64,000 nt of DNA from positions 1 to 64,000 of the forward strand of contig JACVGT010000014.1 of assembly GCA_018992685.1 (NCBI GenBank), read 5' to 3'. Under the pieces are notes generated by a model. That model was not told where the DNA came from and made no database searches. It worked only from the letters and a program-made list of their open reading frames with translations. Numbering within the stretch: position 1 is the stretch's first letter; each line of letters opens with the position of its first letter. Both the position numbers and the translations under genes were made by a program. Origin of the DNA: Theionarchaea archaeon (GTDB taxonomy: Archaea > Methanobacteriota_B > Thermococci > Methanofastidiosales > SZ-28-30). Of the stretch, positions 19,092 to 29,753 are shown piece by piece.

Positions 19092-19886
19092 ATGAAGATA
19101 TCGGAAGTTGCCTGCAAATCTATACTGGTGAAATCACGCATTTATGGGGTCGATTACGCCGTTAATCCCTATACTGGATGCCAGCACAACTGTGCTTACT
19201 GTTATGCCACATTCATGAAAAGATATACCAGCCACAAAGAGCCGTGGGGGCAGTTTGTGGATGTAAAACTCAATGCACCCTCAATATTGAAAACCCAATT
19301 GAAGACAATAAAGAAAGGGAGAATACTCTTTTCCAGTGTCACAGATGCCTACCAACCAGTTGAGGCACAGTATGAGATAACCAGGAAGTGTCTCACACAG
19401 CTGAAGAATGCTTCCTTTTACGTGTCCGTACTTACTAAGTCGGCATTGGTGACCAGAGATATTGATATTCTCAAAGAATTATCCTGTGAAGTAGGGTTCA
19501 CCTTCACCACTCTGGATGAAGCAGTGCGCGGCCAGTTTGAATCTGGGAGCTCCTCTCTTCGGGAGAGACTGCAGGCCTTGAAGGAGGTCAGTCAAGCTGG
19601 CATAAGGACATATGCTTTTTTTGGACCTATTCTGCCATTCATTTCAGACTCTTCTCAGGCTATCAGTGAAATGTTCACCGTTCTGGAAGAATATGTTTCT
19701 TACGTTATTGTAGACAGGATGAATCTGTACAATACATCATGGGAGAGAATACGTTCTGTTCTCAGCAGCTGGAACCCAGAGTTAATCCCCAAGTATGCTG
19801 CTCTCAGGGCGAAAACCGATTACGACTTTGTTCTGAGGAAAAGAATTGCAGAGATTGCTACAGTGCCTGTAGAGTACTGCTTCTGA
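19092..19886 (+). CDS. Radical SAM protein (SPL/Rv2578c-like)
   Basis: NPYTGCQHNCAYCYA, TDAYQP and LTKS..V.RD motifs. Confidence 0.9.
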   Translation: MKISEVACKSILVKSRIYGVDYAVNPYTGCQHNCAYCYATFMKRYTSHKEPWGQFVDVKLNAPSILKTQLKTIKKGRILFSSVTDAYQPVEAQYEITRKCLTQLKNASFYVSVLTKSALVTRDIDILKELSCEVGFTFTTLDEAVRGQFESGSSSLRERLQALKEVSQAGIRTYAFFGPILPFISDSSQAISEMFTVLEEYVSYVIVDRMNLYNTSWERIRSVLSSWNPELIPKYAALRAKTDYDFVLRKRIAEIATVPVEYCF

Positions 19887-19989
19887 CTGTGTCATGACCT
19901 TCATGTCTCCCAAGAAGCCCGGACCGTGGGTGATGCTACAGGAGAAGTGAAGGCACAACCCTTAAAACAGCAACGGTGCAAGAGGAAAT

Positions 19990-21996
19990 ATGCCAGCTAA
20001 AAACCGGTTCATTACAGCAGAAGATCTCTACGACATCAACCTCATTTCTGATTGCCAGATTTCGCCTGATGGAACTCATGTGGCATATGCTATGCAGCGA
20101 ATTGACAGAAAAACGGAGAAAAAATACACCAACCTGTGGATTGTTCCCACTGGGGGAGGTAACCCTCACCAGTTCACTTCTGGCGACCACTCGGATTCCA
20201 CTCCTCGCTGGTCACCAGATGGCTCCCGGATCGCCTTTCTTTCAAACAGAGACGATGAGAAGCAACCCCAAATCTACATCATTCCCTTTACAGGAGGGGA
20301 AGCCCGAAAATTGACTGATTTCAAGGGTACTATTGGCAGTTTCGAATGGTCTCCACAAGGGACAGAATTCATTTGTTGTTTTCAGAAGAAGGATCAAGAA
20401 GAGATTGAACGAGAAGAAGACGAACAGAAAAAGAAATTAGGAATAGTAAGTCGCCATATAACCCGTGTTTTCTACAAAGAAGATGGAAAGGGATTCTCGC
20501 CAAGGGAACGCTTCCATCTCTGGGTTGTTGATGCTGAAACAGGGGAGGCAACCCAGATAACAGATCATGAAGTCTTTGACGAGGAGGAGCCCACCTGGTC
20601 TCCCGATGGGAATTATGTTGTCTTCAGATCTAACCACGCAGACGACCCTGATCTCGACCCTGACGCGATAGACATGTTCGTCATACCAAAAAAAGGTGGA
20701 GACATCCGGAAGGTCAATACACCACCGGGGCCAAAGAACAGCCCCCGAATCTCCCCTGACGGGAAGTGGATTGCCTACTACGGATGGGAAGGAAAAGAGA
20801 TGCCCTGGAAATCGACTCATCTATGGGTCGTACCTTTTGACGGATCAGCCACTGCTCAAGACCTAACTGGTGAACATGATTTCAACGTTGCCTCATGGAC
20901 TATCAATGATCTCCCTGGTTCACCGTCCCAGATGCCCCCCACCTGGTCACATGATTCCACGAAGATATTCTTCCAAGTGGCACACCATGGGAACACTGTC
21001 CTCCGAGCAATAACTCTGGACAACCGTTTGGAATCTATGATTGAAGATATTGGTGTTGTAGGATCTTTCACCCTAGATAGATCTCAGACTATTCTGGCCT
21101 ACTTCCACGGTGACATGAAAGACCCGGGACAGATTTGGGTTCTTGACCTGAAGAAGGGGACCAAGACTCAGGTAACACATGTCAGTGAAGTCCTGTTCCA
21201 ATCGCTGACCCTGGGAGAAGTTGAAGAGGTCTGGTTCAAAGGTGCTGCGGGTAATGATCTCCAGGGGTGGATTTTGAAACCCCCCGACTTTGATCCATCG
21301 AGGAAATATCCATCCATACTTGAGATCCATGGGGGTCCCAGGGTGCAATATGGCAATTTCTTCATGCACGAGTTCTTTTTTCTGGCAGCCCAGGGATATG
21401 TGGTGTATTTCTGTAATCCCAGAGGTGGCCAGGGCTATGGAGAAGCACACTCAAAGAGCATATGGAACGCATGGGGCACAGTCGACTATGATGATCTCAT
21501 GGCCTGGACAGACTACGTGGAGAGGAAACCGTACATTGACCAGAATAGAATGGGTGTTACCGGGGGCAGCTACGGTGGATACATGACAAACTGGATCATT
21601 GGACACACGCAACGGTTCAAAGCTGCTGTCACCCAGCGGAGTGTCAGTAATTTAACCAGCATGTACGGGTCCAGTGACTTCAACTGGGCATTCCAGGATG
21701 AATTTGGCAATGAGACCCCCTGGGAGAATATTGAAAATTACTGGAAGCAGTCTCCCATGAAGTACATCGGGAATGCCAAAACACCTACTCAGGTCATTCA
21801 CAGCGAAAACGACCTGCGTGCTAATATTGAACAGGGATTTCAGGTTTTTGTGGCATTGAAACGCCTTGGCGTGGACACGGAACTGGTACTGTTCCCTGAT
21901 GAGCCCCACGGTCTTTCACGAGGAGGGAGAACCGACCGCCGTATCGCACGGTTGAACCACATAAAACGCTGGTTTGACACGTATTTGAAGGGCTGA
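19990..21996 (+). CDS. S9 family (acylaminoacyl/dipeptidyl) peptidase
   Basis: PD40-type WSPDG propeller; HGGP, GGSYGG, END.R and E.HG motifs. Confidence 0.95.
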   Translation: MPAKNRFITAEDLYDINLISDCQISPDGTHVAYAMQRIDRKTEKKYTNLWIVPTGGGNPHQFTSGDHSDSTPRWSPDGSRIAFLSNRDDEKQPQIYIIPFTGGEARKLTDFKGTIGSFEWSPQGTEFICCFQKKDQEEIEREEDEQKKKLGIVSRHITRVFYKEDGKGFSPRERFHLWVVDAETGEATQITDHEVFDEEEPTWSPDGNYVVFRSNHADDPDLDPDAIDMFVIPKKGGDIRKVNTPPGPKNSPRISPDGKWIAYYGWEGKEMPWKSTHLWVVPFDGSATAQDLTGEHDFNVASWTINDLPGSPSQMPPTWSHDSTKIFFQVAHHGNTVLRAITLDNRLESMIEDIGVVGSFTLDRSQTILAYFHGDMKDPGQIWVLDLKKGTKTQVTHVSEVLFQSLTLGEVEEVWFKGAAGNDLQGWILKPPDFDPSRKYPSILEIHGGPRVQYGNFFMHEFFFLAAQGYVVYFCNPRGGQGYGEAHSKSIWNAWGTVDYDDLMAWTDYVERKPYIDQNRMGVTGGSYGGYMTNWIIGHTQRFKAAVTQRSVSNLTSMYGSSDFNWAFQDEFGNETPWENIENYWKQSPMKYIGNAKTPTQVIHSENDLRANIEQGFQVFVALKRLGVDTELVLFPDEPHGLSRGGRTDRRIARLNHIKRWFDTYLKG

Positions 21997-22072
21997 ACAG
22001 GAGGTTCGAGAACAGTCCGACTGGACGCATCAAAGTGAAAACCTTTATATAAGTCTCTTTCTCTTTTCTTTC

Positions 22073-22384
22073 ATGGAATATTCTTTTGTTTATTTCACCT
22101 CCGGCTCTGAAGAAGAAGCACGCGCCATAGCAACGCGATTGCTGGAAGAGAGATTCATTGCCTGTGCCAACCTCTTTCCCATATCTTCACTGTACATATG
22201 GGAAGAGAACCTGGAGGAAGCCAGGGAATATGCTGCTCTGATCAAGACTGAAAGAAGGAAAGTGGGTCGGGTAATCGAAGAAGTTAAAAGGATGCACTCC
22301 TATGACGTGCCAGATGTCGTGGAAATCCCCGTGGGAGAAGGGTTCAGCCCATTCTTTGCCTGGATTTCCGAAGTGGTCAGATGA
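22073..22384 (+). CDS. cutA: Divalent-cation tolerance protein CutA
   Basis: IACAN..S.YIWE, IKT and HSYDVP motifs. Confidence 0.93.
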   Translation: MEYSFVYFTSGSEEEARAIATRLLEERFIACANLFPISSLYIWEENLEEAREYAALIKTERRKVGRVIEEVKRMHSYDVPDVVEIPVGEGFSPFFAWISEVVR

Positions 22385-23064
22385 GGAAGCAAACCAAACG
22401 ATTCCACCTCCAGGAGGTCGTATATGAGGAATCTCACTGGGATCTCCTGCGTAAACTGCGAGGGCAGGCCGTAGAGCTAATGGAATGCCTCAGAGAGTTT
22501 TCTCCCCTGGTCTATGGGAGTCTAGCCAGGGGTGATGTCCATAAGGATTCTGATGTCGATATTGTTATTCCCTATGTGATTCCCTCGTGTCTTTTAGAAA
22601 TCTGGTTGGAAAGCTTTGCTGTGGTGGAACGCAGGATCAGTCAGGCTACTCCCTGGCACCTGATAAAAGGAGTGGTAGAATTAGCAGACGCTTCCATAAC
22701 ATTTCCTCTGGTCCAGCCCACGCGCATAGAGCACGAGTTCTACCGATTTGGTGGATTTCTGGCACTGGAGCAGCTTCTTGATGAGGGCAGAGTGCCTGGA
22801 GTGGACAAACGACTCGTGTTGATAGACCCAACGGAAGCAGGACACCATGAACTGTCTGTTTTAGGAAGAGAACATGAAGTGGCCAAACGGTTGGAGGTGT
22901 CCATCAATATCATAGCAGAACGGGTCAAAGTGCTGCAGAGACGGGATAAGGTGGGGCGAACAGGAGTGTTCTTGAATAAGACACTCTCACCTGATGAGAG
23001 TTTTGAGATGGTGTTGAGAACGCTGGCCTCTTCCAATACACAGTTAAGAAGACGTGCAGAATAG
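22381..23064 (+). CDS. Predicted nucleotidyltransferase (COG2413-like)
   Basis: YGSLARGDV..DSDVDI and RVPGVDKRL motifs. Confidence 0.88.
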   Translation: MRKQTKRFHLQEVVYEESHWDLLRKLRGQAVELMECLREFSPLVYGSLARGDVHKDSDVDIVIPYVIPSCLLEIWLESFAVVERRISQATPWHLIKGVVELADASITFPLVQPTRIEHEFYRFGGFLALEQLLDEGRVPGVDKRLVLIDPTEAGHHELSVLGREHEVAKRLEVSINIIAERVKVLQRRDKVGRTGVFLNKTLSPDESFEMVLRTLASSNTQLRRRAE

Positions 23065-23207
23065 GAGTTAACCCCCTCACATGCCTTCAATTTCACGTAT
23101 TTCGCAATGATGACAAGTAGGTTTATATAGTGGCGGTTCCATAGAAGGGATACGCTATCTGCCTGAAAAGAGGTGCGTTTGAGAAAGAGAAGAGGAAGTG
23201 AAAACAT

Positions 23208-25259
23208 ATGAGAAAGAATGTGTTCACAAAAATGAAGGTCTGGATTCTATTCTTCATGGTCATTTTTTTCTGTACAGCAATTCCTGTAGGTGCCCCTGGT
23301 CAGCCACTGCAGAGGGCACCAGATAGACCCCCGCAACCTGCAGCTCCCATGGTTTCCATGACGTTGGAGGAGATCAGGGAAATGATACGAGTCAACAACT
23401 ATGGATATACAGTCGGTGATACATGGGTCTATGAGTTACCACTCACAGAAAGGGCCAATCTCCTGGGATATCGTCCATCCCGTCAAGACTTGAGTCATCT
23501 GACGATATCTGGGGGGAATCTTCCTCAGGGCTATGTTCCTCGTGCACTCCCTTCTATCTTTGACTACCGGACATTAGGGAAGGTCACGTCCCCTAAGAAT
23601 CAGGGAAGCTGTGGAAGCTGCTGGGCCTTTGCCACTGTGGGCTCACTAGAATCCAAGATTCTACTTGAGGGAGGCGCTTCGTACAACCTTTCAGAAGAAA
23701 ACGTGCTTTCCTGTAATGTGTATAATGCAGGGTGCTCGGGAGGAAATGATTTTATTGCTGTCAATTACCTCACCAAGTATGGTGCATCTCTAGAAACCTG
23801 CGCTCCCTATGATGCTACGGATGGGACATTGTGCAAATCGTGTGACTACGTGAGAAAATTGAGCGGTTGGAAAATTATTGGAGAGAATTTGGATAGCGAA
23901 AATTCAGCTATTATTGATGTGGTAAAACAGGCTCTTTCGGACTATGGGCCCCTCATTGTGACCATGGATGCATCAGGGCCAGGATTTTCTGCCTATACTG
24001 GGGGTGTGTATGAATGGTGGACTCCCTCTTCAGAAAACCATGGTGTTCTCCTGATTGGATGGAACGATACTCTGACCCACTCTCACGGAACAGGTGCATG
24101 GATTGTCAAGAATTCTTGGGGGACTTCATGGGGAGAAGGTGGGTATTTTGCCATCGCCTATGGCTCTGCCATGATCTGCCAGAGTGTTTCTGCAATATCA
24201 TTAAGCAGGAATTTCGACACAACCGAGAGTCTCGTGTATTATGACGAATATGGAGGGGACGGTTCATTTGGGGGCGGCACGAACACATGGTGGGGTGCAG
24301 TCAGGATTACGCCTCCTGCAGGCGGGATTCTCAAACGTGTGGAGTTCTGGTCCACCAACAGCACGGTAAACTACCAGATTTACGTATATGACGATGTTTC
24401 GGGAAGTGGGCCATATAACTTCAGCACATTATTGACCTCCCAATCGGGTACAACCACTAGGGCAGGATATTGTTCTGTACGGCTCGCATCTCCCCCGCAA
24501 GTATCGTCAGGAAATGATGTTTTTGTTGCGATTCGATTCAACACTCCTGGATTCAACTATCCTGTACCTATTGATGACCACACTCCCATTACCCAAAGGT
24601 CATATGATAGTCTCGATGGAATGACCTGGTACAATCTGGTCCAAGACGGATACAACTGGGACATCGGCATCAGAGCGGTCATTGGCAATCCTCCGGCTGT
24701 GACCTTCACAGACTACCCAGGGTTATTTAGCACGAATTCCTTTTTCGTGGTGGGAGACACAGCCTACTGTACCGATGTTCTGGGGACTGGTAAGATTTCC
24801 TACGGGCTAGCTGTGGGCGGACTGACGGAAAACCCCGAAGGACGAACTGATTTGATTATAACCCAGATAGAGCACGATACAGGTAACCTCATTGTCGTGG
24901 GAGGTCCTGCCGTCAGCCCTGTGGCTGATGAATTGGACAACAAACTGGGTATCACCTACAATTATAACCCCGGTGTGGAGTTTGACATCTTCTGCGAGGG
25001 AGAGTCCATTCACCTGGATCTGACCCAGTATCCCTCTCAGGACATCTGTGTGGTGTACCTCGGAGTGGAGAACGGAAGAAACGTTATGGTAATTTGGGGT
25101 TATGGCTGGGAGGGGACCTATGCGGGGTCTGTCCTTGTGGGAGATCCCAACTTCTGGACAACCTACCAGAACAACTATGTGATGTTTGTCAGATGGATTG
25201 ATGGAAATGTTGATGGTCTCGTCCAGGCAGGAGAGATCACGGTAGAAACCTCTGTCTAG
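23208..25259 (+). CDS. Secreted C1A (papain-like) cysteine peptidase with S-layer-like C-terminal domain
   Basis: Signal peptide; QGSCGSCWAF, NHGV and KNSWG motifs; C-terminal GNLIVVGGPAV domain. Confidence 0.92.
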   Translation: MRKNVFTKMKVWILFFMVIFFCTAIPVGAPGQPLQRAPDRPPQPAAPMVSMTLEEIREMIRVNNYGYTVGDTWVYELPLTERANLLGYRPSRQDLSHLTISGGNLPQGYVPRALPSIFDYRTLGKVTSPKNQGSCGSCWAFATVGSLESKILLEGGASYNLSEENVLSCNVYNAGCSGGNDFIAVNYLTKYGASLETCAPYDATDGTLCKSCDYVRKLSGWKIIGENLDSENSAIIDVVKQALSDYGPLIVTMDASGPGFSAYTGGVYEWWTPSSENHGVLLIGWNDTLTHSHGTGAWIVKNSWGTSWGEGGYFAIAYGSAMICQSVSAISLSRNFDTTESLVYYDEYGGDGSFGGGTNTWWGAVRITPPAGGILKRVEFWSTNSTVNYQIYVYDDVSGSGPYNFSTLLTSQSGTTTRAGYCSVRLASPPQVSSGNDVFVAIRFNTPGFNYPVPIDDHTPITQRSYDSLDGMTWYNLVQDGYNWDIGIRAVIGNPPAVTFTDYPGLFSTNSFFVVGDTAYCTDVLGTGKISYGLAVGGLTENPEGRTDLIITQIEHDTGNLIVVGGPAVSPVADELDNKLGITYNYNPGVEFDIFCEGESIHLDLTQYPSQDICVVYLGVENGRNVMVIWGYGWEGTYAGSVLVGDPNFWTTYQNNYVMFVRWIDGNVDGLVQAGEITVETSV

Positions 25260-25861
25260 AAGAAGAATTCCAGACCCGTGCGGATGCTGTCCTTTGTGCC
25301 AATGCCGCCATGACCAGCGTAGATCGTTTCAATGTCCAAGGTGAGGAGTCTCTTTAGAGATTTTTTCATGTCTTCTGCGTTTCCAGTAGGGAAGTCCATC
25401 CTCCCAATACCCATATCAAACACACAGTCACCTGAAAACAGGACTCCTGTGTCTTCTTCATAGAGTGACATGCTCCCTTCTGTGTGGCCAGGAGTGTGAA
25501 TTACGCTCAAATTGTGATTACCTGTGTTGATGATATCTCCTTCCTTCAGTACTTTTGACACAGGAAACTTGAAGGGCCTCTCAAACCCGAAGTGCCACAG
25601 TGTCTTCTGTGAGCCTGCTTCAATATCAGGAGCATCCAGTTCATGCGCGTAGATCTTTGCGTGAGGAAAGAGTCCGTTCCCACCAGTATGGTCGACGTGA
25701 CAGTGTGTATTAACAAGAACGTCAATGGTCAATCCTTTCTCTTCTACATAGTCTGTAACTCTTCGTGATAATCCCATTCCTGCATCCACCATGACTGTAA
25801 TATCATCTTCAAGAATGAAAACATTTGAGGCCATAGTAAAACTCATGAGCTGGTGTATCAT
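25256..25861 (-). CDS. MBL-fold metallo-hydrolase
   Basis: THCHVDH, TPGHT, FSGD and GHG motifs. Confidence 0.92.
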   Translation of the reverse strand: MIHQLMSFTMASNVFILEDDITVMVDAGMGLSRRVTDYVEEKGLTIDVLVNTHCHVDHTGGNGLFPHAKIYAHELDAPDIEAGSQKTLWHFGFERPFKFPVSKVLKEGDIINTGNHNLSVIHTPGHTEGSMSLYEEDTGVLFSGDCVFDMGIGRMDFPTGNAEDMKKSLKRLLTLDIETIYAGHGGIGTKDSIRTGLEFFF

Positions 25862-26068
25862 GCCTGTGGTACTTCCTGTCACTATTAAAGGTTACTCATA
25901 GAGGCACAGTGGTGGTTACAAATAGAACAAATCTAACCCAAAATGGTGTGTTGTACTCATGGAAAGGTCAGTAGGACGCTTGCACGTACTGTAGCAGAGA
26001 GTATCCTCGACCCAACTGATGAATGACCACCGACGAAAACTATTTAATCACGGAGAGAATATCACCCC

Positions 26069-27826
26069 ATGATTCACGGAAAAGGAGTCACCATAGATCT
26101 TTCCACGAAGAAAACTTCTTATGAACTTATAGAAAAAGATATTTCAAGTCAATTCTTGGGAGGAAATGGCACAGGAGCGTGTATCCTCTATCAAAAAATG
26201 AAACAAACCCAACCATTCTCTTCACAAAGTTGGATCATCTTTACGCCGGGTGTTCTAAATGGAAGTACCTTCCCCATGACTTCAAAGTGCGGTTTTTTTG
26301 GGCTATCTCCTCTTACGGGCGCCTTTGCAGAAAGCTACTTCGGAGCATCATTGGGCGTCTCTGTGAAATCACACGGGCTGGACTACATAGCCATCACTGG
26401 AAGGTCGGAGACCCTCTCCTACCTATTGATTGATCAGGATGTATCTATCGTGGAAGATCAGACCCTTAAGGGCGTACTAACCTCAGAATGCCAACACATA
26501 CTGAAAGAAAGACACCATGGCTCCTGCGCGTGTATTGGCCCTGCAGGTGAAAACCTGGTGAAATTCGCTGCCATTGTTGGAGACAAGAGGCAGGCAGGCA
26601 GAACTGGGCTCGGAGCTGTTCTGGGCAGCAAGAACCTCAAGGCAATAGTTGTAGTCCCGCGGAAGATTGAGTATGATCACCAGAGAGTAAAGGAAGTGAG
26701 AAAAAAGTGTGTCAAAGGATTTCTGGAGGGAGAAGGATACCCTGCCTATCAGGGATACCATTCTCTGGGAACAGGTAAATCCATTAACCCTTTTTCAGAT
26801 CTATGGGGCATTCTACCCACAGAGAATTTTGAACAGAGCCAGTTCGACAGGGCCTCCAAGATTGACACAACTGGCTGGATCAAGGAAGTAACTAAAAGCA
26901 CGGGGTGTCACGGGTGTATGATTGCCTGTGGAAAAGTATTCAAAGGGGTATCTGATCCTGAATTAGAAACATTGTTTGCTCTGGGATCAAATTTGCTCTG
27001 TGACGATGTGGATGTCATAGCAGAGGCTACCAGACTTTGTGACGAGTACGGGATGGACACGATTTCCATGGGAGGCGTTCTGGGATACATGATGAGCCTC
27101 TCAAAGGAGGGTGTAATTACAGAGAATATCCCGTTTGGTGATGGCGACACCATCCTTTCGTTGATCAAGAAGACCGCTGCCAGGGAAGGGCTGGGAAATG
27201 ACCTGGCAGAGGGAGTGCGTACTCTCAGTGACATCTACAGGAATCAATATCACGCCATTCATGTACTGGGGTTAGAACCCCCAGCCTATGATGTCAGAGG
27301 CATAAAGGGGATGGCCCTGTCTTTTATGACCTCTCCCAGGGGTGCATGCCACTTGCGATCTAGTGCGTACACGGTGGAATTCTCCGGTGTCTGGAAGCAG
27401 TTCACTACTGACCGCTTCTCTTCTGAGGATAAGGGATATGTAGCGTGGATGGAGAATTTGATGGCTGTCCATGATATTCTGGGAACCTGCAAATTCACCA
27501 GAGATTTCTATTTGCCTGGTATTATGAGTGAAATGCTGGAGGCCTACACAGGAATCAATCTCAGGCCTGAAGAACTCATTACCATCGGAGAGAGAACCTT
27601 CAATGTTGAATGGATGTTCAATATTCGAAATGGCGTCGTAATGGACAGGTTGCCTGTGAAATTTGGGACACCCATTGCGGAGGGACCTTCGAAGGGTGCT
27701 TTCATATCAGAAGAAGATGTAGCCCGGATGAAGAGAGATTACTTCAAGGCACGAGGTTGGGATGATGATGGGATACCGACAGAGAAGACGAAACAGAGGT
27801 TGGGGTTAACCTTCCTTTCTGCATAG
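26069..27826 (+). CDS. aor: Aldehyde:ferredoxin oxidoreductase family protein
   Basis: SPLTG, IGPAGEN, AGRTGLGAVLGSKNLKA, CHGCMIAC, DEYGMDTIS and RGACH motifs. Confidence 0.92.
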   Translation: MIHGKGVTIDLSTKKTSYELIEKDISSQFLGGNGTGACILYQKMKQTQPFSSQSWIIFTPGVLNGSTFPMTSKCGFFGLSPLTGAFAESYFGASLGVSVKSHGLDYIAITGRSETLSYLLIDQDVSIVEDQTLKGVLTSECQHILKERHHGSCACIGPAGENLVKFAAIVGDKRQAGRTGLGAVLGSKNLKAIVVVPRKIEYDHQRVKEVRKKCVKGFLEGEGYPAYQGYHSLGTGKSINPFSDLWGILPTENFEQSQFDRASKIDTTGWIKEVTKSTGCHGCMIACGKVFKGVSDPELETLFALGSNLLCDDVDVIAEATRLCDEYGMDTISMGGVLGYMMSLSKEGVITENIPFGDGDTILSLIKKTAAREGLGNDLAEGVRTLSDIYRNQYHAIHVLGLEPPAYDVRGIKGMALSFMTSPRGACHLRSSAYTVEFSGVWKQFTTDRFSSEDKGYVAWMENLMAVHDILGTCKFTRDFYLPGIMSEMLEAYTGINLRPEELITIGERTFNVEWMFNIRNGVVMDRLPVKFGTPIAEGPSKGAFISEEDVARMKRDYFKARGWDDDGIPTEKTKQRLGLTFLSA

Positions 27827-27827
27827 C

Positions 27828-28202
27828 CTAGAGAATACCCAATTTCCTTCGATTTTCTTCTGTATCTCCATATACTCTCCACTGCGACACCAGCCCACTG
27901 CGAATAGTGGCAGTCCAGATGGCAGGTCCATCTAAAACCTTTTCTAAGCATTCAGAATGTCCAACCATTATCACCAGGTCATCCCTGGATTCTACTCTTG
28001 AAAACACGTTGCGATAGTCCGGATATCGGTGAAAGAACGTCTTCCAACCCTGTGTCATCTCTTCCTTTCCAGATACTGTCTCCCCTGAAGCATCAATAAA
28101 GGTGTGGTCTTCTGTCATCAACTCACTGAGGTTCTTGAGATCCTGACTATTTATATACTCATTGAATAAGAGTGCTACTGTTTTGGGGTCTGAGAATTTC
28201 AT
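27828..28202 (-). CDS. SnoaL/NTF2-like protein
   Basis: FNEYIN..D...L.EDHTFID; WRVY. Confidence 0.8.
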   Translation of the reverse strand: MKFSDPKTVALLFNEYINSQDLKNLSELMTEDHTFIDASGETVSGKEEMTQGWKTFFHRYPDYRNVFSRVESRDDLVIMVGHSECLEKVLDGPAIWTATIRSGLVSQWRVYGDTEENRRKLGIL

Positions 28203-28328
28203 GGGTATGGATGACTCCCTGTCTTCTTAAGTGCTTGGCCTGTGAACCAGTTCAGACTTTATCATTTATCACAAAATCTTTTTAAGTCACAGGAAAAAAT
28301 GAACAAGATTGACGAAAGAGGTGACTCA

Positions 28329-29597
28329 ATGTGGAAAGCCTTCTATTACCTGCCTGCAGCGTACAGGAATCAATTTCTAACTCCCAAGGCCTTGAAAGCC
28401 CTGCAGGAAAAACGGCTGAAATACCTGGTTGACCTTGCATATAGAAATACGTCTTTGTACAGATCAAAATTCAAGGCCGCTGGCATAACTCCCTCAGACA
28501 TTACTACCCTTGATGATATCACAAAAATCCCACTAGTTAGAAAACAAGAAATAAAGGCGTCCTTTCCGGAGGGAATGGTCACGCCTGGATTCTCAGAAGC
28601 CAACTGTAAGGTGGGAACAACGTCAGGAACTTCCGGCAATATTCTAAGGATTCTCTTTGATTATGAAGCCTGGAGCCGCCTCAACGCTGTAGCCTTGAGG
28701 AACTACTTCGCTCACGGGGTCAGGCCATGGCATAGATTCTGTATAGTGTGTAGCTCTCCTGCTGAGTACGAGAGTGTTTCTGCATCACCATTCTCCAGAA
28801 CTGTTGGTATACTTGAAAAGGAGCCTGAATCGCTGGCGGAAGATATCCGTATCATAAATCCTTTTGTAGTGGGAGCACATCCCACGACGCTCGTTGGACT
28901 ATGCAAAGCAATTGAAAAAACCGATATCTCAGGGATTCAACCAGGTATCGTCCTGATCGGTGGAGAGGTAGCCTACCCCTCCTGGAGAGAATACATAGAG
29001 AAGACACTCAAAACTACAACAATAAACAAATATGGGGCTACGGAGGTGAATTCCATTGCGTGGGAATGCAGTCACGGTAGCATGCATCTAGATGCAGATT
29101 CTGTCATTGTAGAATTCATAAAAGAGGGTGAACAGGTGGCCCCTGGTGAGCTAGGAGAAGTGGTGGTAACAAACTTGTGGAATGTGGCCATGCCCTTCAT
29201 CAGATACCGGCTGGGCGACGTTGCTGTACCTTTGGACGAACTCTGTTCGTGCGGCCGAGGTCTGCCTATCATTAAAGAACTTGAAGGAAGACTTGATGAT
29301 GTCATTGTATTGCCTTCCAAGGAACTGGTACCTAGTACCAGGATATGTCCACTGTTTCATAGGATACCTCAAGTGGCAGAATTCGGCATAGTCCAGGATA
29401 GCATCTCTCATGTTGCCATACGGATTGTCCCCCATGGTGAGTTCACGGAACATGCGGAGAGCACCCTGCGGACCAGAATACAGAATGTTCTCGGCAGCTC
29501 CGTGGACATCGATATCACAGTTGTGGATCAGCTGGAACGTACCACAAGCAGCAAATTCAAAAGAATTCGACGCACCTTTGATGTGCAGGTCTTGTGA
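28329..29597 (+). CDS. Phenylacetate-CoA ligase/CapK-like adenylate-forming enzyme
   Basis: TTSGTSG, YGATE, MPFIRYRLGD, CSCGR and EGR.DD motifs; GAGGTGA RBS. Confidence 0.88.
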   Translation: MWKAFYYLPAAYRNQFLTPKALKALQEKRLKYLVDLAYRNTSLYRSKFKAAGITPSDITTLDDITKIPLVRKQEIKASFPEGMVTPGFSEANCKVGTTSGTSGNILRILFDYEAWSRLNAVALRNYFAHGVRPWHRFCIVCSSPAEYESVSASPFSRTVGILEKEPESLAEDIRIINPFVVGAHPTTLVGLCKAIEKTDISGIQPGIVLIGGEVAYPSWREYIEKTLKTTTINKYGATEVNSIAWECSHGSMHLDADSVIVEFIKEGEQVAPGELGEVVVTNLWNVAMPFIRYRLGDVAVPLDELCSCGRGLPIIKELEGRLDDVIVLPSKELVPSTRICPLFHRIPQVAEFGIVQDSISHVAIRIVPHGEFTEHAESTLRTRIQNVLGSSVDIDITVVDQLERTTSSKFKRIRRTFDVQVL

Positions 29598-29753
29598 GGG
29601 TCTCCCCTTTGACGATGGAGACATCGCAGAAGTACAGTCATTGTAGGGCTTTGCGGGTTAGAGGAAGAAATATGGGAGCCAGCGGGTGTGTCAGTATCAA
29701 GTAAGACCTGAAAGAACCAAAGTTTTTAAAAGACACCAATACCAGGTGGCAAG

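Noticed and set aside
26016-26040. CTGATGA...GAAA as a hammerhead ribozyme core
   Set aside because: The intervening sequence cannot form stem II, and GAAA is part of the BRE of the aor promoter
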